This document shows, piece by piece, positions 49,986-64,000 of a stretch of 64,000 bases of DNA. A model generated the notes under the pieces. That model saw nothing but the letters and a program-made list of their open reading frames with translations, was not told the origin of the DNA and made no database searches. Source of the stretch: Phoronis australis (Eukaryota; Animalia; Phoronida); assembly GCA_002633005.1 (NCBI GenBank), contig NMRA01000728.1:114216-178215 (forward strand), given 5' to 3'. The position numbers were made by a program, and so were the translations under genes. Positions within the stretch are counted from its first letter, which is position 1; every line of letters begins with the position of its first letter.

Positions 49986-51998
49986 CTGTTGAGTGCTACC
50001 TTAAAAAAGGTCTGTATTTAACTGTGTTTTAAGCTATGAACAAACACTACGAACAGGATCACTTTTAAAACACTTGAAAAAAGTGTTATGTTGATGTAAC
50101 TCACTCTCGTCAACAATTAATAGTTAGGAGCAAGTTTGAAAATTCATTGCCAAATCTGGTAAATCGCATACGTCACTGACGTTTATAAGCAACGTGTGCA
50201 GGCAAAAATGCCCACATCGAACCACACGACAGGATCCACCCCTTGACTGAGTGAGGAAGAGTTTTAGCAGAATAACTCTTAAGAGAGGGACTGTTTCTGA
50301 AATATCAAGCAGAACTACTGCGTATCAAAATAACTCGAATGGGTAAATGATGAAATTAATAATGCGATCATTTTCTCGAAAAACTTAAAAGAACTGATGC
50401 GAGACGAACACACTTACTTTAAAATCAAAAGAGGTCGCCACTTCTGCAGATAGTCTGCTGCATGTTCTAGTTGAGGCACTAGATGAATCGAACAAAAATT
50501 AAAAACTCTCCCCATTTCGTGAATTTAATTGAAAATCACTTGAGACGCAGGTAACAGGAAGCTCTTTAATGATCAATAAAAGTCGTCATTTTTTTCTATT
50601 TTCATGACGCATGTTCTTAATATTCAAGGATAACATCTCGTACTTCGCTTAACGCTCAGCTACGTCACTGGCTTGAATGGTATACTAAATATAGCGAGCA
50701 AGCTCAGGAATTCACTGGTCGTCTGAGTCCAAGGTTTCAGAGGATGAACAGTGCGATTGAATTTCCAGCATGAGTCAAACCCCAAATGGCTGACCTGAAA
50801 TGACTTCGGATAGGCAACTCCAGGAATGTATTGTGCATAATTTGTTTCGGAAATGTTTTCAAATCGACCGGTTAGTGGAAAAGATGACATGCCGTAGATT
50901 CTAGGGCATGCAGGCTAGGGCGCTCCGACATTGCAGTATCTTGTCCTCAGATAGTCATGTATAGAAGAGATGAATCTACAAGTCAATCTCTAACAGTCTG
51001 AATTCGCCCGTTGTTCGAAGACAATCACCTGTCAAAGTTGAAACACACTTTAAGCTTTTGCAGTTCGCTTATTATAACTACAGTTATTAATATTATCGTA
51101 GAGTGACTTATCGCCAATGCCTTAAGCTTACTAATAAATGTATTTTTATCCCAAGCCGTTGCAGAAAACTATCTTTGATGAACTATAAAATTGTTATATT
51201 GCTTAAGCTAATTGGTTTTGATGAGACTTGAAGGCATCACCGAGCGATGAATCCAACCAGATAAAATATTCAACGAATTACAAAATTGCAATTGATGAAT
51301 CTGGCATTTGGTTCGACTGCATTCCGTCGGAAGAATGTAGTTTTTTACATCAGGGTTTGCCATTTCCGCATAGATATAAAATCTTGCAAAGCTGAAAAAA
51401 AATATATTTTTGAGGAAAGAAATAAAATGGGTCGTTAGAATTGTAAAATCCGCAACAAAACTGGCTCGAAAGTCGTCCGTGATAATCAATCACAACTTTA
51501 ATTAAATTATATATGAATAGTAAACAACACACAATCTCTGCTGTTGGTGACTGTGCCAAATTTTCGAAATTAAGCCGCAGCGATTACAAAAATGCTTTTT
51601 CAATTATGAACAACACGATGCGATTCTCTAACAAGCAGAACAAGTAATAAAACATGATATAATTATGTTTCTTATCGGTGACAGAAATCCCCCATGTGTG
51701 GCAAAGGGTTTTTCGTCAGGACAACGTTCGCGCTTTGAGGATGAAAACTAAATTACGCAAAAAGCTTCGAAAGCAATTCATCACATTATTGCCAATGAGT
51801 TTGCTGCGTAGGATTTCTTCAGATCGACAGATGCGGCCAGCAGAACTTTATCGGCAGCTGGGATATCAGGTTTCTCTTTAGCACAACCTCCTTTACTTCG
51901 GCGCAAGATTGGATCGTTTTAGCAGTCTGAGTTGCCGGCACAAACATTCTGAGATTCGACTTGAGCGAGTGAATTGAGTGAAATTTTGAAAACACAAG

Positions 51999-52182
51999 AT
52001 GACAGAAATCGAGAACGGGATAGGTTTGTGTACAGATGATGACGATGTGGATTTCTACTCAGGCCCAACGAGGATACGTTGTGAGGATGATGACGACGAT
52101 GACGAAGACATAATTCTCCCCAATCGCTCTGGCAGCCTGGCAACTCGACGGCCTCTCTCCGTCATGAGATCTGTGTTTGACG
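51999..52182 (+). CDS. Probable first coding exon of an unidentified gene (acidic N-terminus)
   Basis: aagATG start; MTEIENGIGLCTDDDDVDFYSGPTRIRCEDDDDDDEDIILPNRSGSLATRRPLSVMRSVFD; donor G|gtaaga; coding-like composition. No recognisable domain. Confidence 0.6.
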
Positions 52183-55100
52183 GTAAGAAAAGGGTTATTT
52201 TACCAAGACTCGGCCTATACTGGGTATTCACAAGCTGTTGATCAGGAGCTTGCTGTAAGCCTATTTAGCGTATTGTAAGCATTATGCAATCACAGTGTGT
52301 GAAAACTCCATCCGACTTTCCTGTGTGATCTTTTCTCACCCTCTTGTGAAATAGTTGTTCACGAAGCGACAACAGTTGTTCCTCGATATCAAAAGCTGGT
52401 TTTAAGGATCGAGTTCAATCATGTTTTCAAAAATGTCCCCAGCGGACGGCTGACAATGGACCAGCGCATTACATCCGAGCAACCCTGTCTCATTTCTCAC
52501 CCATATGAGCTACATTTACCTTCAGGGTATTCCTAAATTGAGAAAGTCCTTTAAACTGATGCTTGCATTCACTTTGTTTTTTACTTGAGTCGTTTAGGCT
52601 AGTCTCATCCGTTACTCATTAACCTAGATTCAGAGGCGAAGATTTACATGGGCTTTTCGCTCATTTTGTGTAATGTTTTACTTGTTTGAACATGAAATGC
52701 AGTTTAACGGAATGATTTTACATTCATTTTCCGTAAATGTAAGCGACTTTGGGTAGAAATATCCAGCACGCGTAGATTCCCTTTCAACTGAAACATAACG
52801 TTGTTTTACAAAGTTTTTCAATGCTTGATATGGGCTGTAGTCGTAGGCGGATCCAGGAATAAAGTGGTACATGTCGGTTGAGGTAACTCTTCCCTTACCT
52901 AATGCTGGTTTGTTGTGAATAGTCGATGTTAATGCACAGGAATACCAGTACACATGGCGATCACATTTTGGGCAGTCGAAATGTGATCTTAGATTTTATC
53001 TAGAAGTAGCATAAGCAAATCAGGGGATTTTCGCCAGATAGAAGCTTCTCCTCAAAACATTTGCGGTCACTAAGAATGTTGTTCTTTTGAGCAAATAAGG
53101 TCATGGGAGCCGGAATGACTGTGCTGAAGGCATTGCCTTGGCAATTGGTTACTTGGTAACAGATTTACTAATACCGCGATAATGGACGGACATGTTCGTT
53201 GTGTCGAAGACTGATAAAATCGCTTGTTCATCATAACGTGTACGTACCTTGGGTATAGTCTTTGAGCAATAATAAACGGTTGTCATTCGCTTAGTTTATT
53301 TTGAGCATACCTCTGTGACTAAAGTCACTCAATAATTAAGTCAATTGACTTTCTGTCAATTCAATTATGGTTCTTGTTAATGTAATTAGACGATGACTGC
53401 TACCGAAAGATGAACATTTCCACATGAAGCTAAATAACCGCCGACAGACTCCGTCGTAAGTTGAGCTGAGCAAAATGTACATGTCAAGCCTCAGTTTTCA
53501 AAAGTCCATCAGAAGTATATGCCTACAGTTCGAGTGCCACCCGCCTAACGTATAACCTGTGCCAGGCGAACAGCATTTTTTCGTGTTGATGCGACAGCTA
53601 AGTCACCAAGGACCCCGGACGGCTATGAAATCAAAGCTTTGTTGAGGGCCGTTGGGTCCGGATTTCTCTAGAGCTAGCGGGAGAAAGAAGTAATTACTTT
53701 AAAATATCGTAGCCTACGTATGTATCCGAGTTGGTCAGTCATGCTGCGATTTAATTCAAAATTGTTAAAAGATAGCTCCTATCAAGTGACGTATTTTAGA
53801 AATAACGCTGAAATCCCTGAGGTCAGTGTAATTAAGTTATGCTGAGGCAGCATTTATATATGGTTTTTCCTGATGATTACAGAATAATGGATATATCTAC
53901 AAAAAATGCCACCTTTGTTTAGAAAAACACTGTGAGACATTACTGTTTCTGTTTTTTTTTTACTTATGAAGGACTAAAACTTAACGTTTGGGGGTTGCAT
54001 GTGAACACAATATCAATTTTAATATAAGAACCGATGTTTTGAAACAGAAAGCGGTGCACCGTGAATTTAGGCTACAAAATATGGGAAGGTAACATGAGTG
54101 AGTTAAACATTGTAGAGGAATGTTATTATTCAATTCCGGAAACCGAAACGAGCCCGATCTTTACGAGGTGGTCTTTCACCCGAATATTCACGATAAATAA
54201 TCAGCACCTTATTTTTGACGGTCAGACAGTCACCTTGCTACCAAGCAGGCGATGAAATGAAAACAAATTGTTACGTCGACTCGCCTCCGTTACGATTCCA
54301 TTGTCGCCAGTGTTTTCGTGGTTGAAACCCGATTTCAGGACTAACCTTTCACTAGGGTCGGATTGTGTAAACACGGAATGTTTTCGTTGATTCCACTAGT
54401 TGGACAGACAGGGTGTATTGAGTTTCCAAGCCAGGGTAAGGACTGGGGCCGAGTGAGCTGCGTGTTTTCAGCTTTAAAAACAGGCTTACGAGTAGATCTG
54501 CCTGCTTACCCACCACAAACCTACGTCCACCTGACATCAAGATAAATAGTTTCAACGTGACTCACGTTCATGCTGTTAGGCTGGGACAGAAATTGCTGAA
54601 CAGACTGATCGTGCAGCGAACTATTCCTCAGGTGTTTGGGACAAACAGGTCAGTGACTCTCCTAGTAGTAAATCAGTGGTAATTCTATAGACATCGCTGC
54701 GTGTTGTGCTAGTTAAAACCAAACTTCGGACGTACTTGCCTAGTCTACTTGTATTAAGCATTGAACAGTGATCTTAGCCATTTAGAGTGACTATTCTTAG
54801 TTCACCGGAAGTCGCATATCATGCCGATAAGTTGAGGGTGAATCATGTAGATCAAACTGAAACTTTTAGCCGTAATAATGCCTGTGTGCTGTATTCGATT
54901 TAATATTTTAGTTGCCATATTCTGGGTGACGTTAGTGGCACTTTTGTTTAATGTGACGCAGAACTCAAACACCCATCTGACCTGAGGGTTTCTTGTAATC
55001 TATCTTGATAATTCGGTAGTTACTAGCTGAGACAAATCCTCGGTAGTCAAGTCGATGTAAATAATACTAACGTACGGCCGGGTGCAATGAGTCCACGCAG

Positions 55101-57496
55101 ACGAGAGCTGATTGTACATTACAATCGTGTAGGTAGCGAGTTAGCGGTTCATTAATTTTGTGACAGTTTGGGAATGAATTATTAATCCATCATCGTATTC
55201 AACTTTCGGGGACCAGTGTTCTTGGGTCAAGGTAAATGTATGTTCACAATCATCTCCGGTGTATTCGTCTTGTTACAAGCCATTCAGCCACTTTATATGA
55301 CTCAGGCCTCCAATATCCAAATACTCTGGACATCACTGAGTCGAGTTGGCTTACACGCCTCTGAGGTCCGTCATGTGTGCCTTGAAGCCGATTCAGACCG
55401 CGTAACGTTACTTTGACTGCATCGTATTGTCTATTTGTACGGTATCGCCTGTGGCTATTCAACTTTAACGGGTCAACAAACCTATTGCCAAGCGTTGATA
55501 GTCGACCTATCAGTAATTTTCGTTAAAGTTACCGTTCCTGGTACACGAAAGATTTTCCTGGATGTAAATTATGTCAAGCGGACGAAACGTGAGATTAAAC
55601 ATTGCTGTAGTGTGCATTCCTGTTTAAACTTCAAAAAAAATTGTTTTTGATTTCTCAGTATGCGCCATGTGTATGTGTCTTGGATGAATTCAGCGAAGTC
55701 CAGCGACCTAACTGTCTCCGTTTCTTGAGAACTATTTCCAGCGCCTAATGCCTTATAAGACTTCGGACTAGGGCTCAGTCATCTATACCAAGAGAAAAAG
55801 ATTATGTGTAACACGATAGGTTCAATAATTTATTTGCAATTTGCGAAGTTCAACGGTCCTTACTAGAATCCAGACTTCAATACAAAAACTTCATTGTTTG
55901 CAAAGGATTCGTTTGCCGGATGTTCTCACCTTGATGTTTCCCCCCTGTTGAGCCCTAATGAGTCCCATCGTTGCACTCACAAAGTTGAATTTTGTTACGT
56001 AACAACTACTGGAACTTGTGATAACCACTTAATCAATTAATCGATGTTACAAGTCGTCACTGTTAAATATCTGCCCAAGATTTATATATATAGACCATGT
56101 GTCGAATATTACGGGACGAGTTTATTTTCGTGTGTTCCTCTTGGAATACACGATTGAGCAATGCATTCCTGACTCTGGAAGTCGTCGTTAGGATTCAGAT
56201 TACTGTCGCAACAACATGAGTACACATTTTTTGTTAAATCGTACGATATTGCGATAGCGCAGTTTTGCCTAATGTTCGAGTCCCAGAGGAGAGTTTACCA
56301 ACCTCAAACCACAATTCCCCCCTCCCCCCCCGGAAAATTCAACTTCTCGGTGGGCTGCGAACGTTTTGTTGATAGTATTTGCTAAGTATTTTTAGAAAAT
56401 GGGACGCTCCGCAATGAAGCTTGGGCATTGCCATTACTGTTGACTAGCTGATGCGGCACTAAGCAGAGCGTACTATTGTTCTATGTCGACTTAGTGCCAG
56501 ATTCACGCGTACTTTGCTTCAGCGACGATTGCTACCTCTCTCCTACATTTCAGGTGGACGAGTGAAGCGCACACGTTCTCAAAAGAACATGATGACCTTC
56601 TTTAGGGCAGGCAACTCTAGAGAAATTCATCGTGTTGGGTACAGGATCAGGGCCCGGGCTTTTGACTCTGTACTCAAAATTCCATTTGGAAATATACCGA
56701 TGGCATGACACGCTTTGAGTATAGCTTTGCAAGTTTACTCAAAGCGTGCCTTGTCAATTTTCGAGTCGAGTTTCGAGTACCGAAATTAGTTGTTCATTCT
56801 TAAAAACTCTAACGTTGGTATGTATTTTTAATTATACAGGTTAATATCACCTAATTACCATAGACCTCAGTTACCGAACCATAACTCATTATGAAAAGTA
56901 GTTATGTGACATGCAAATGGTTGGATGTAGGAGACACATTTTCTTCAGATCTAGATTAGTCTCTTTAATTTCGGTGAATGAATATGCAGTGCTACCAGTA
57001 GACGCACTTCCAAGTGCTTCTCAGGAACTCTTGTATTCTGTATAACCTTATTCTTAAATTTGTGTATTGCGATTAACAACGCAATCCTATGTGCATTCAT
57101 GCATTTGAAATCGTTTATTGCACAGTAGGCTAAGCTGGAGACAACTCTTTATGTTCTAGAGCAGTGTAAGAACTAATTATAGGTTAGCGGGAAATTGAAG
57201 GAAGCGTCTATTAAAAACATAAAATGTCACTCGACGTCCCGAGGCTTAACTGTCGGTAAAGGTCTCTTGTGTACGATCAAGGCCGTAGGAAGCGGAGGTC
57301 GGGGGGGTACCTGAGAATCGCCTGCTGAAATTGCGACGAGCGAAAGGGAAGGGGACGTGCGAAAGAAGTGAAGAGCGACGGAGGAGTGTTATTTTCAAGT
57401 TTGTGACAAGTATAGTGGCGAAAATGTTAAAAAGCGGGAAGTTCAGAAATTGACGGAAGTGTGAATTTGTCTCTGACATCAATAAGTTTGCCTTCA

Positions 57497-57668
57497 CTTT
57501 TGATTATGACGATTCATTGAAGTCCTATTCGGCGCCATCTTTTAATTTTGACGATTCATTGAAGTCCTATTCAGCGCCATCTTTTGATTATGACGATTCA
57601 TTGAAGTCCCATTCACCCCATCTTATGATTATGATGATTCACTGAAGTCCTATTCAGCGCCATCTTTG
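57497..57668. repeat. Minisatellite, 4 x 42 bp
   Basis: Unit cttttgattatgacgattcattgaagtcctattcagcgccat at 57497, 57539, 57581 and 57622. Confidence 0.9.
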
Positions 57669-60600
57669 AAACTATCGTTTTGCTTCATGTTTTGGAGCGA
57701 AACCCTTTGTTTTTGTATAATTCAAAGTAATTAGCGTTTGTAATTACGCATCATAAAACAAGGTGATCGGGAAGATTCGCTTGATATATTGCAGTTTCAA
57801 GTTCACGTTGTTGGCTTGACTCCGACACATCAAGTTACTTGTTTTTCGCTAATGCAAACTTGCAGGTACAACTGTTGTTAACGGCAATTGGAATGTCGCG
57901 GTTTTTTTGCCTTTTTAGTGAAATGTATATCGCTGTGATAAACGTTCCTTTAATTTTCTTTTTTCCGTTTCGCCGGATATTTTTAGTTGCGCGCTAACGA
58001 TAACATGTCAAGAATTTAAATGACGCAGAAACGGAGAACAATTTCTACCGAAACCAAATGACTTCGCAATATCTTCAAGGAAACAATAATGACATATTTT
58101 CGATTTGTATTCGAAGAAGGAAGTTTCCTTTAACATTCCACAATGTTGGATTTTTGCCATCGATGCATATTAGATTTGCATTTGAGCGTGTGTGTTTTTG
58201 TAATGATGCTGTAGATTTTGTGATTGTCTGTTTTGAAAGTTAAATCTAATTCCCGAAGCTTGGTACTCGTATAGCCGTCAGTAGGTACACGTCCACCCAC
58301 ATGCACGTTAGACACATCACAAAATGATGATGTGGTAAACATCAAAACATCGTGTCGTTGTTTCTATTAATACATCGATATATTTGTCGACATTCCTGGA
58401 GAGTACTCGTGTAAAAAGTTGCTCGCGGGACATTGCGATCAGATTTTACTGTCACTTTTCTCACGACCGGATTCTTTTCCTGTTTAATTCTCTATGCAAA
58501 TGTGCCTTTTTCCTATCGCTTACGTACAAGGGACCACCGATTCTGAGGGTCATAGTAGACAAAAGCGTGACGTAGCTAGAACAAAACCCAACGACAGATA
58601 AACCCTATACAAAAGGGTTCGTTTTTCAAGTTCAATATCTATAGGAAAAATATCTTAAATTGCAGCTGTATTCCTCATCAAAAAGAGAAGACCCCCGGGA
58701 GGGCATCTGTGAATCATTTGGATGTCTTATTAAGATAAATTGAAGGTACTTGTGACTCAATGAATTAAGATAATGTAATGCTCTCTTTTTGCAAATGAAT
58801 TGGTTGGTGCTAAGCGGGTGTAACGTGCGGTTTGCATGTCGCAGAACGATTCAGCGCCAATCGCTAGGGTGCACGAGTGTCGTCGTCGTATTTTTCACAT
58901 CTCAGAACTCGGCTCCAATCCGTGAGTCCGTTCGTTCGTTAATGAATCGATAACTGTGGAAGACGAGGCCTTTGCAAGTTTGTACGCATATAAAACCAAT
59001 GCAAGACATGTTTTGGTGTTGCAACCATTAACTTTATTCCGTAGGCGTATTTGCTATTTTAAAGCAACGCCATTTATTTCTTCTCTGTTTGAATTGAAAT
59101 TGATTATATTAATCGCTTGGAGTAAATAGTCAATTTCTGATAAACCGTCGGCTTCCGAGCATACTGCCTTGGCGACTGAAAGTAACCCGCCGTGACAAGC
59201 ATTTCAATAGTCCTGGTCCGAAGCCATAACGACCTGCCAGACATTCTCAAGCCCAGAAATGATTCAATTCTAATCTGAGAAACAAGATGAGACGGATGTT
59301 ATTTCAGTAAGTGGGTTAAATCAAAGGTTGTTGACATTATTGGCAAGAAGTGGAGTTTTCTAAGATCAGCCCCCAATACAGAATCGAGCTCACAACCTCA
59401 GGGGTCGCAATGCAACAATTTGCGGGCGGAAATGAACCCCACTCGATTATGGCAGAGTATTTTAAAAGGGACAATCTCGATTTTACGGCCGAAAAATGTA
59501 CTTTTGAAATTATTGTTTGTTGGCAAAGACCACCGTCAACAAAATTCGTTGTGTTTTTAGCGATTCTATTGCAAATTGCTAATTCTCGTCGTCGTCTGCT
59601 GCCCTACGTGTATCTAATTAGTAGATTCACCCGTCTTTATGTCAGCGAATGTCTGGCAGACAACGGCGGGCATTGGCGATTTGATACAAAATCACAAAAA
59701 GACAACGGATATTCTTGTTTTATAGATCTTGTCAAAGCTAATAACTTCAAGAAATCTATACCATCCAACTCTAACCTGTAATACCGATGATGTCTTTTTA
59801 AAGTAGCCTATTGACAAAAACATCAATTTAATACCGTCACATTATGAGGACATTTGTAAATGGAGATAACTAACGCCCTGTTGACAAAATGTTGTAACAC
59901 TTGATGAAAAGTACAGCATCCATAACAATGGATAGGGTTACGTGATTGACTGTCCGTCTATCACATCAAAACTAATCATATCCTTCCAATTTTAACATAA
60001 AAGTTGTTGACGCTCAGTGACGAGCGGTGTCAGTTATCTGTGGGTCTCAACGCGCTGTTGGTTTGGAAAGGAATAGAATTACTCCAATCTGGGTGCCACA
60101 AATGACCTGATTCAAGAATTAATTTTCGATAGTGGGTTTAAAATGTAAGAAACGGTGTTTGCTTCGTATTAGTTGTTCATTACGGTGTAAGTAGGGCTTT
60201 GAGAATTGATATTTTTTATCTAGACTTATTTTCATTGAAGCAGCAAGCATTAAAATGGCAAATAGACCCGCCTTCCATCGCAAGGAAACAACTTTGGATT
60301 TGCGCCGCACCGTTATGAAATTGACTTCAATTTGTTCCATAAATAAGGGTCGATTTCAGGACGTCCAAAGAACTGACAGTTCGTTAGTGTCTGGGATCAG
60401 TCTCGCGGTGGGTCATTTTATGTCTCAACGAATAACGAATTGTTAGTTATTTGCGAACCCAGAAACCACTTCTCATCCGCGAAGTTGAGACCATTTATAG
60501 CGGTAAGTGGTCTAAATTAAAAAAAATCGCTTCTGGGGCGGAACGAGAGTTTTATAGCGGCTTTATGTAATTGAATTATAACTATAAGAGAATTATAAGA

Positions 60601-63600
60601 TGCTCGTGCAAGCTTATACCAACTGAAACCCTCATTCATTGCAAAAAGCCCTTCCCCTGTCGATTTAACTCATTTCAATTTTGCATCATCGCCCTCTGTT
60701 CCTTAGGTTGCACCCATCTTCCGGTCTTCAACAATTTCGCGTTCCCCACAATTGCATATTAATTTTCTGGAAATCCTAGTACTCATAACACGTGCTCTTT
60801 ACACATACAAGCTACCGTGCTGCAAGCGCGATTGCTGTTGCGTAGATACGGCGATTTTACACTGCGCTTTTCTAAACTCCCCGGGCGATCAACTAACTCC
60901 TGCTATGGATTTCTCGGTTTGTCAATCTTTGAGCGATAAATTTCGTAATTGAGTTTCTTATCTTGTCTGCTGACTGCAAATCAGTATGCTCGAACACAAT
61001 ATCGTGACCAACATCTTAAATCGTGACAGCGTGCTAATTCGAAGCAAAATTATTGGTTTCCCATTCCGCCCAAGTCAAATAAAGTAATATCTTATTGATG
61101 CCGTTTATGTGGAAAATCGTCGTTTGAGAAGAAGCCTAATACTGGACTTGACCCATGTTGGCATGCGGGTTGGATAACTTCGATGTTGTTAAAGGTGATA
61201 AAATTATTGGAGATCAACGACGAGATATACAGAAGTCTGCTGTCATGTGAACTAGGTCACGATAAAAAAACATCAAAGTGAAGTTATACTGATGCGTCGG
61301 ACGTTCGCATTTCAAAAACGTTTCTAAACAGTCATCAATTGCCTTCTCAAAAATGCTGCAGAGTTCTTGGAAAATCCCACTTTTTAAGTAAATGGGCATT
61401 TTTGCAGAAATGTAATCGCTCTTTAGAATAAACCAACTTGTGAAATATGACAGTTTCCACTTGAGTGTGTACAACACTTCAGGAAACTCCGACTGCAGGT
61501 TTCTATCGTTTGGCTGACAGCACAAACAAAGTTCTGCACAGTTTTCCAGACATTCCTTTCACCCAGTGTGGGCGAAATCGGTTGCAAACATTGAAGCTAT
61601 AAACAACAAACACGTTGAACCAAGACTCATCTGTCTAGAGTTAAGCTGTTGCTACCTTAGGGACCTCTATCGGCAATGATCTGAACGACTTTCCTACTGA
61701 TGTACCAATCAGCAATATTACTATCTTTTGCTCTCATGGTGTTACGATATCGTGATTGCGCTGGGTTCAACACTGGCGTTTCGCTGTGTTCTACCGCCTA
61801 GGAAGCATGCAGATCTCGGACGTGGCTGAGCTGAGTAAACTCATATCTTTGCGTAACCCATGGATACGGTTGCATGCCAATCTCTGACAGGTTTCAGATT
61901 TGGATCATCATTTTTCATTATGACAGCCTCGAGGGCCACTAGGTTATCAATCTGGAACAAAAATATACCACATGAAAAGAAACTGTGTAGTTGTAGTTTC
62001 TTATCGCGTGGTTAATAGCCTGCCTATTTCCATGTATTCTCGACAACTTTCACGAAAATTTCGTTTCAGAGCTTACCACCGATCAAGTTTCAAGTCTGAC
62101 TAAGCAAATTATTATAACAAGAAACACTAATAATTCGGTCAACGATCAGTTGTTAAAAGTGCAAATACGCAGGTGGTCGCCACCTTTGGGTGTTTTGTCA
62201 AAGCTACTAATCTGCTTTACTAAGTACTTCGTAGTCCACATGTGAGCTGGGAAGCTGGTTGGTTTAATGAAAGCATTTCTTCGTCAATGATGTTAAGACG
62301 ACTATTAGTGGCGGATCTAGGACGTTAATGGTACCAGGATTACTGGCCCATGTATGTATATGACGTGGTAATTGCGCAGGCGCTATCATTGGTTTTCAAC
62401 ATGCCAATTACGCCCCTGTTCATTCCTTGTGTGCTTTGTAATGGGTTACTCGATACTCAGAGGCGATGCTTATGGGGAAAATGCCTTCGTTTTAGCATCC
62501 TTCTCGATAGACTGACAACACTGAGAAAACAGTTCGTCGGCATAGCGTTCCACGTGATTACCCAGGTTGAGCTCTGTAATCGTAAGAATCTCGCGACTAA
62601 CGCTAGTGTCATCACGTGCTTTTGTTTGTAATACGTGGCGATATCTCGTGTAGATTTGTATGATTCGCCAATGTATAGCGTCTACGGGCTCCCGGTTACA
62701 AGCATTAGTCTACACATTCGCTTTTAAGAGAATGTGTAGACTAAAAAGCACAAAAGAGGGCGCTTGTGTATCTAAATTGTCACTGCAAGCTGCACGCCTG
62801 CAAACTTCAATGAGCTCGAGGCTCCTCCAAGAATCAACGATTTTTTCACACAATCGTACAATGTGGATGGCATACTAATGTATGGGATACTATTTGTAAA
62901 AGAGGGTATTTTTATTTCGTAAATGGCAATATTTAGAAATCATAAATGGCCAGTCACCAGGTGGTGAGACCGTCTCGGCCACGAACGACTGAGTAACCTC
63001 ACTTGGACTTGCCAAACTATGTGTCGTGGAAATCGACGACATTTCATGAATCTGCTCAAAAATAGCAAAGAGACAATTTACGAGAAAGGGAAGCAGACGA
63101 AGTTATAACTAGCTTTTGATGCCCGAAATGACGCTGATAATTCCTAGCCAGCCAGCTAGCTGTAAGAAGACTGTCGTCAAAATACAGCTAGGTACCACTG
63201 TGTGTATTTCTTCCGTAGACCCCGAAATTGCTCACAGCCAGGGTAGTTATGCTCGTCACCGCGTCGTGAAACTTGTAGGCCTATTAACATGTAAAGCCAA
63301 AGGCCGGACGGGGTGCATGCAAAATCTGGGAATCAACCGACACTCACCTTGACTGTTGCAGGCGTTTAAGTGAAAAACAATGCAATAAACGTCATTTTCA
63401 TGCGTAACTCTCCGCCTTTTCTAACAATGAAAAGTATGTCGTCGTTTTGAAAACAATACGCCCGTGTCACGCGCACGCGCCATTTCCTAAGTTTTTGTGA
63501 CATCTCTCGGGAGATGATGATAGATTGGCACCAGCAAAATTTCTTCTGAAATTCGGTTTTTCGGTATCAAAATTCTAAAAACTTATAATGAAGTGAAACC

Positions 63601-64000
63601 AGTTCCGATAATTTGTTGCGACGTGTACGCAACCTCGTGAAAGAAAAACAGTTGATTAGAGAATCGGCGAAAAAAGAAATTGGCCAATAGGTGACGTAAT
63701 ATTTCATGGCACCGAAAGCCGTCGCTAAAGATCGCTCCACAACTTTAGCAGCAGAATAACGGTAGAACGCCACGTTTTCATACGCAGTTAAATAATTTAG
63801 TGACTCAAGGAAGACTGTAGTTTTTAATGACACTCATTTTGTGTCAGATTTTATCTTACCACTTTTTTTACCCACATCGATGCAAAGCTGTATATTTATA
63901 TACAGCTTTGTACCAAGGCTAGATATAGACCGGCAGCCCAGAGCACTTAGCATAGATGAACGAGGTACCAACATCTGACCACGGGAGCATTTAAAGTCCA

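Noticed and set aside
51999-52182. Naming this gene SLCO5A1 by vertebrate synteny
   Set aside because: No transporter sequence is visible in the window; synteny alone is not evidence.
52200-64000. Short ORFs in the track (e.g. 59350-59781, 143 aa)
   Set aside because: Non-ATG starts or random-looking composition, overlap with old repeats, no splice-supported homology; likely intronic or intergenic.

Overview
Eukaryotic, probably invertebrate, AT-rich genomic DNA with spliced genes, so the ORF track is mostly noise. Genes: (1) two near-identical 4-exon fatty-acid-binding-protein/iLBP genes on the minus strand (2632-5903 and 20269-23471) inside a segmental duplication; (2) a 9-exon PRDM14 orthologue on the plus strand (about 33560-47532, 461 aa as modelled); (3) a probable first coding exon of an unidentified gene at 51999-52182. 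The second FABP copy loses homology to the first exactly at the TATA box, where a nested repeat island of at least 8.7 kb begins (23533 to the gap at 32257). The island holds a Helentron/DINE-1-like element and a CRISPR-looking satellite with a conserved 50-bp core and diverged linkers. Both carry one CTCF-like motif per monomer, about 20 sites in the same orientation, between the head-to-head FABP and PRDM14 genes. Also present: a Harbinger-like MITE family (3 copies), other MITEs, nested local duplications, minisatellites and three single-N gaps (2341, 8655, 32257). All alignments and translations were done by eye; no database was searched.
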